Of a stretch of 64,000 nucleotides of DNA, positions 60,650 to 64,000 are shown in pieces. The notes below the pieces were generated by a model. That model worked only from the letters and a program-made list of their open reading frames with translations. It ran no database searches and was not told the origin of the DNA. Origin of the DNA: Ignavibacteriota bacterium (lineage in GTDB: Bacteria > Bacteroidota > Ignavibacteria > UBA10030). Numbering within the stretch: the stretch's first letter is position 1; the number at the start of each line of letters is the position of its first letter. The position numbers were made by a program, and so were the translations under genes. The DNA lies in contig CAVSHO010000009.1 in NCBI GenBank assembly GCA_963727825.1, forward strand, positions 384,001-448,000. Direction: 5' to 3'.

Positions 60650-61702
60650 ATGAAAAGAACAGTTACATTTATAAGCATATTGATTGTACTGCTAGCCGCA
60701 AGTCTCGTGGCACAGGAAACCATTGATGTCGGGAAAACAGGTTGGGACGTAAAAAAGCCGGTGATGGCAGCTGCGTGCGAATGTGGATGTCCTTGGGGAG
60801 AACTGGGTGATTTTATAAAAGAATCAATGAAGCCATACGGCTATTCTGTAATTCTTTGCCGTAACTGCAACCGGTTCTACGGACCACGTCTTGTTTCTGA
60901 ACATGATTATCCGCCACCGCTTGATAATATAAATCTTGCTGATAGTGTTACTGTTCGAGTTAATGCACAAGTTGATTTTGGTGTGACATCCACCGCCATG
61001 CTGAGTACAGCATACAACGGAACACTTGCTGGTAAAGGTCCGTATCATAACCTTCGCCTGATCGCAAAAATCGAAGATCCTTTCTATTATCTGGTTGCTG
61101 TGAAGAAAGAATCAGGGATTAAAGACGTTGCCAGTATCAAGCAACAACATTTCCCCGTCAGAATCATGGGTGCAGATGGTAATATGCTAACCATCCTGAA
61201 ATATTACGGCATCACTACTGATGATATTAAAGCCTGGGGCGGGAAAATGGGTGTTTCTGTAGAAGAAGCTCTAAAAGGTGATTTCGATGTCGTTGCAGGT
61301 TTTCTGGCAAGTCCGGCATTGAACCCTGAATCCTCCTACTGGACAACATTAAGCCAAAAATTTGATCTCTATTTTTTAGAACTGCCGGAAGATTTACTGA
61401 AACTTTTAGCGCAACAGAATGTAGATGCCGAATTTGTTGAAGTCCATCATAGTTTACTCAGGGGAGTTGACCGCCGGATAAAAACACTCGGCAGATCGGG
61501 CGAATCTGTCTTTGCGCGTGATGACGCTCCTGAACAGGCTGCATATGACCTTGCTAAAGCTATCGATGAAAATCACGGGGCACTAAAATGGTTCATCAGG
61601 GTATACACTTACGATCCAAAGACCGTTTGGCAAAATTTTGGTGTACCCTTACATCCCGGCGCTGAAAAGTATTACCGGGAAGTTGGTTACATAAAAAAAT
61701 GA
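60650..61702 (+). CDS. TAXI-family TRAP solute-binding-like protein with a Cys-rich N-terminus
   Basis: Signal peptide; NLRLIA, SGIKD, C-terminal VPLHPGAEKYYRE TAXI signature. Confidence 0.78.
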   Translation: MKRTVTFISILIVLLAASLVAQETIDVGKTGWDVKKPVMAAACECGCPWGELGDFIKESMKPYGYSVILCRNCNRFYGPRLVSEHDYPPPLDNINLADSVTVRVNAQVDFGVTSTAMLSTAYNGTLAGKGPYHNLRLIAKIEDPFYYLVAVKKESGIKDVASIKQQHFPVRIMGADGNMLTILKYYGITTDDIKAWGGKMGVSVEEALKGDFDVVAGFLASPALNPESSYWTTLSQKFDLYFLELPEDLLKLLAQQNVDAEFVEVHHSLLRGVDRRIKTLGRSGESVFARDDAPEQAAYDLAKAIDENHGALKWFIRVYTYDPKTVWQNFGVPLHPGAEKYYREVGYIKK

Positions 61703-61736
61703 GAATGGGCAGTAACCACAGATTATCTGTACTTGA

Positions 61737-63251
61737 TTACTTTTCCCGACCTGTCAATATGTTTTCCAATCTCTCTCGTTTCACATAATTTTCAAAACGA
61801 AATGATTGAGCGAGTGCAATCACTTGTTCATTAGATAAGTTCTTGAACAGATTGCAATACTCAGGCACAAGCGCTTCAGCTATAAGAATATGTCTTACCA
61901 GCAGGTCAATCTGGGTTTGCTGGCCGGAAGGGTAAGGATTGTATTCGCTGAATTCCTTTTTAAACAACTCCTCTATCGGCCCCATCACCTGCCGGATATT
62001 TTTATCGGTCGATCCCCATCTATCCGCACCAAGTGAATTTTTCTTAACAAGAAATTTGGAAACCAATTTCATATACGGAGTATTTTCATTTTGGTGAAGA
62101 ATGGCCTGAAGCCCCAAATCCTTGTATAACCAGATGCACCAACTTACATTGTACTTACGGTAATATGCCAATTGATCTTTTAGAATCTGATATCGCATTT
62201 CATCTTTGACAGGGTTGCCAGTATACACCGGACCGAATTCACCTACCCAAAGGGGAACGTGATGGGAAAACATAAATTCACTTTTTTTAAGAAAATCATG
62301 TTCAAGAGTATCCCTGTTAACATACCTCCCTCTGGAATAACCAGGATAATCGCCACCATCAATAAATCCTGGCACAGCATAATCATGGTTGGTGTAAACC
62401 ACATTATCCCAAACCTCTGTGAACATATCAAAATCAGTAGCGTATGTATTACCTTCAAGGAATAGAATATGGTTTGAGTCGATTTTTCGAATAGCATCGC
62501 GCAGGCGTTTGTAATAAGCGAAAACTTTTTCACCAGTAGGAACTGCGGGTTCATTCATTAAATCATAACCCGCAACCCATGGTTGATCTTTGTAGCGTTC
62601 GGCAATAACTTCCCATAAGTGCAAAGCTCTGTCCTGAAAGTCCTTATATTTCCAGAACAATGCTTTATGAGTTGGATTGTCGCTATGCCAATGCTGATTT
62701 TGAAATCCCGGGAAGGCATGCAGGTCGATGATGGTATAGATCTGATGTTTGGCGCACAGCTCTATCACCCTGTCAAGGTGTTCGAATGCGCCTTCCTTAA
62801 TGACCCGTGGATTCATATCATCTTCAAAAAGATGGTAATTGATGGGGATGCGGACCAGGTTCAATCCCAGGCTATGTATGTATTCTACGTCCGGTTCAGT
62901 GAAATAGTTTTTAAGAAAATTCTCAAAGAAAAGATTGCTTTTTTTCTCCCCCAGTACGTTCAACAACCCTTCCCTCATGGCCTCTTCATTGGCCGGATAT
63001 CCATCAATGAAATTCTCCATGTGCAGCATTCCGCCCAGCCCAAAACCACGTAAATAGACTGTATCGCCTTTTTGGTTGATTATTTGATTACCTGAAACCT
63101 TCAACCAGTTTTCGTTGGTAGACATTTTATTATTCCCATTCTCAGAACAACCAGAGAATAAAAATAGGATCGAGATGATGAGCAATAGATGGAAATTTAT
63201 TGGTCTCATAGTCGTTTTGGCTTTCGAAGTAATGATATAAAATATGTCCAT
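61737..63251 (-). CDS. GH5 glycoside hydrolase lipoprotein (beta-xylosidase-like)
   Basis: LVRIPINY, IIDLH, LMNEP acid/base, WVGEFG nucleophile; FSGC lipobox; likely start MRPINF. Confidence 0.92.
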   Translation of the reverse strand: MDIFYIITSKAKTTMRPINFHLLLIISILFLFSGCSENGNNKMSTNENWLKVSGNQIINQKGDTVYLRGFGLGGMLHMENFIDGYPANEEAMREGLLNVLGEKKSNLFFENFLKNYFTEPDVEYIHSLGLNLVRIPINYHLFEDDMNPRVIKEGAFEHLDRVIELCAKHQIYTIIDLHAFPGFQNQHWHSDNPTHKALFWKYKDFQDRALHLWEVIAERYKDQPWVAGYDLMNEPAVPTGEKVFAYYKRLRDAIRKIDSNHILFLEGNTYATDFDMFTEVWDNVVYTNHDYAVPGFIDGGDYPGYSRGRYVNRDTLEHDFLKKSEFMFSHHVPLWVGEFGPVYTGNPVKDEMRYQILKDQLAYYRKYNVSWCIWLYKDLGLQAILHQNENTPYMKLVSKFLVKKNSLGADRWGSTDKNIRQVMGPIEELFKKEFSEYNPYPSGQQTQIDLLVRHILIAEALVPEYCNLFKNLSNEQVIALAQSFRFENYVKRERLENILTGREK

Positions 63252-63488
63252 TTATTTTATTCCTTAATAGTGTACAACACTTCGTCGATTAACGGCATCT
63301 CACACTAACATGGTTTAATAGAAGGATGTATCAAGCGCTAATTAAAATAATCCCTTGTTAAATAGTAATCAACAATAAATATTTTTATTCGTGCTATAAA
63401 GTTTGTTAGATAAATAAAGTGTTAACCATACATCATTGGAATATACTTGAAGACAAGCACAGCGCTTTATTAGTTGTAAAATATGGTT

Positions 63489-63789
63489 CATCGGTTTTCT
63501 ACAAAATAATTCAAATTTATCTGATCTCTTACTATTCCCTTTAAGAAATTTCTTGATAAACGGTTATTCATTTTATGATTGCCTATCACCGGTTCTATTG
63601 ATGCTCTTCTTCTAAATTTAACTCGTACTTCTTTCTTCGTATATTCACTTATTGATCTCTTAGGCGGCTTAGGGATCAGTATTTCTGTTCCTCCTATTCT
63701 TATATTGCTTTTGAACCTTTGACCTGCTATGGCTAGGCTTAAACGTACTCTTTTATAACTCGTTTGATTCTCTGATTTTCTACTTTCAT
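63489..63789 (-). mobile_element. IS5-family transposase C-terminal relic
   Basis: Manual translation IGGTEILIPKPP...KFRRRASIEPVIGNHKMNNRLSRNFLKG..RDQIN, frameshifted, absent from the ORF track. Confidence 0.8.
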
Positions 63790-63926
63790 TTTTCTATAAA
63801 TGTATATAACTTCATCGCAAGTTGTTTTACTCTTTCTTATATTTATTTTTAATTAAAGTCATCTTACAGTTGTGATCAAAATAATTTATTGCAGTCAAAA
63901 TTATTGACAAGCCGGAGGAATGAATT

Positions 63927-64000
63927 ATGGAGCGTAGAGTTTTTCTTAAGAGAACTGCGATTGCTGCCAGCGTAGCGAGTTCTTTAAAGTTGTTCCTTCC
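63927..64000 (+). CDS. Start of a twin-arginine (Tat) exported protein, runs off window
   Basis: GGAGG RBS; MERRVFLKRTAIAASVASSL. Confidence 0.75.
   Translation, partial: MERRVFLKRTAIAASVASSLKLFL

Overview
Bacterial window, most consistent with an Ignavibacteria/Chlorobi-type (FCB group) genome; this is inferred from gene content, a Bacteroidota-type short primary sigma factor and TTGACA-N17-TATATT promoters. Bases 1-17.8 kb are core genome: class II RNR, SPOR lipoproteins, deoC, fmt, def, NlpC/P60, sigma-70, two BMC pentamer genes plus deoB, a degenerate GGDEF protein, MPG/PMM, EIIA, hisS, lgt, rlmB and tRNA-fMet. After the tRNA comes a ~46 kb accessory carbohydrate region: an L-rhamnose catabolic operon, a beta-propeller sensor kinase with a receiver protein, two paralogous uncharacterised secreted toroid enzymes, GH3/GH43x3/GH2/GH97/GH29/GH5, CE15, tannase/feruloyl esterase, two carboxylesterases and a Cys-rich TAXI-like binding protein, with IS4, IS200 and IS5 relics. 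Three signals stand out. (1) Tiny palindromic cassettes (TCCCG..CGGGA and CCTGCC..GGCAGG) replace the D-loop of a duplicated tRNA-fMet half, replace the catalytic Glu of an IS4 transposase and sit in frame in a GH43 gene. (2) A dispersed sugar-phosphate microcompartment-like gene set (DeoC with an encapsulation-peptide-like extension, 2 BMC-P, DeoB). (3) A candidate uncharacterised glycosidase family with 5' gene conversion and a third relic copy. All calls come from reading the sequence; no searches were run.
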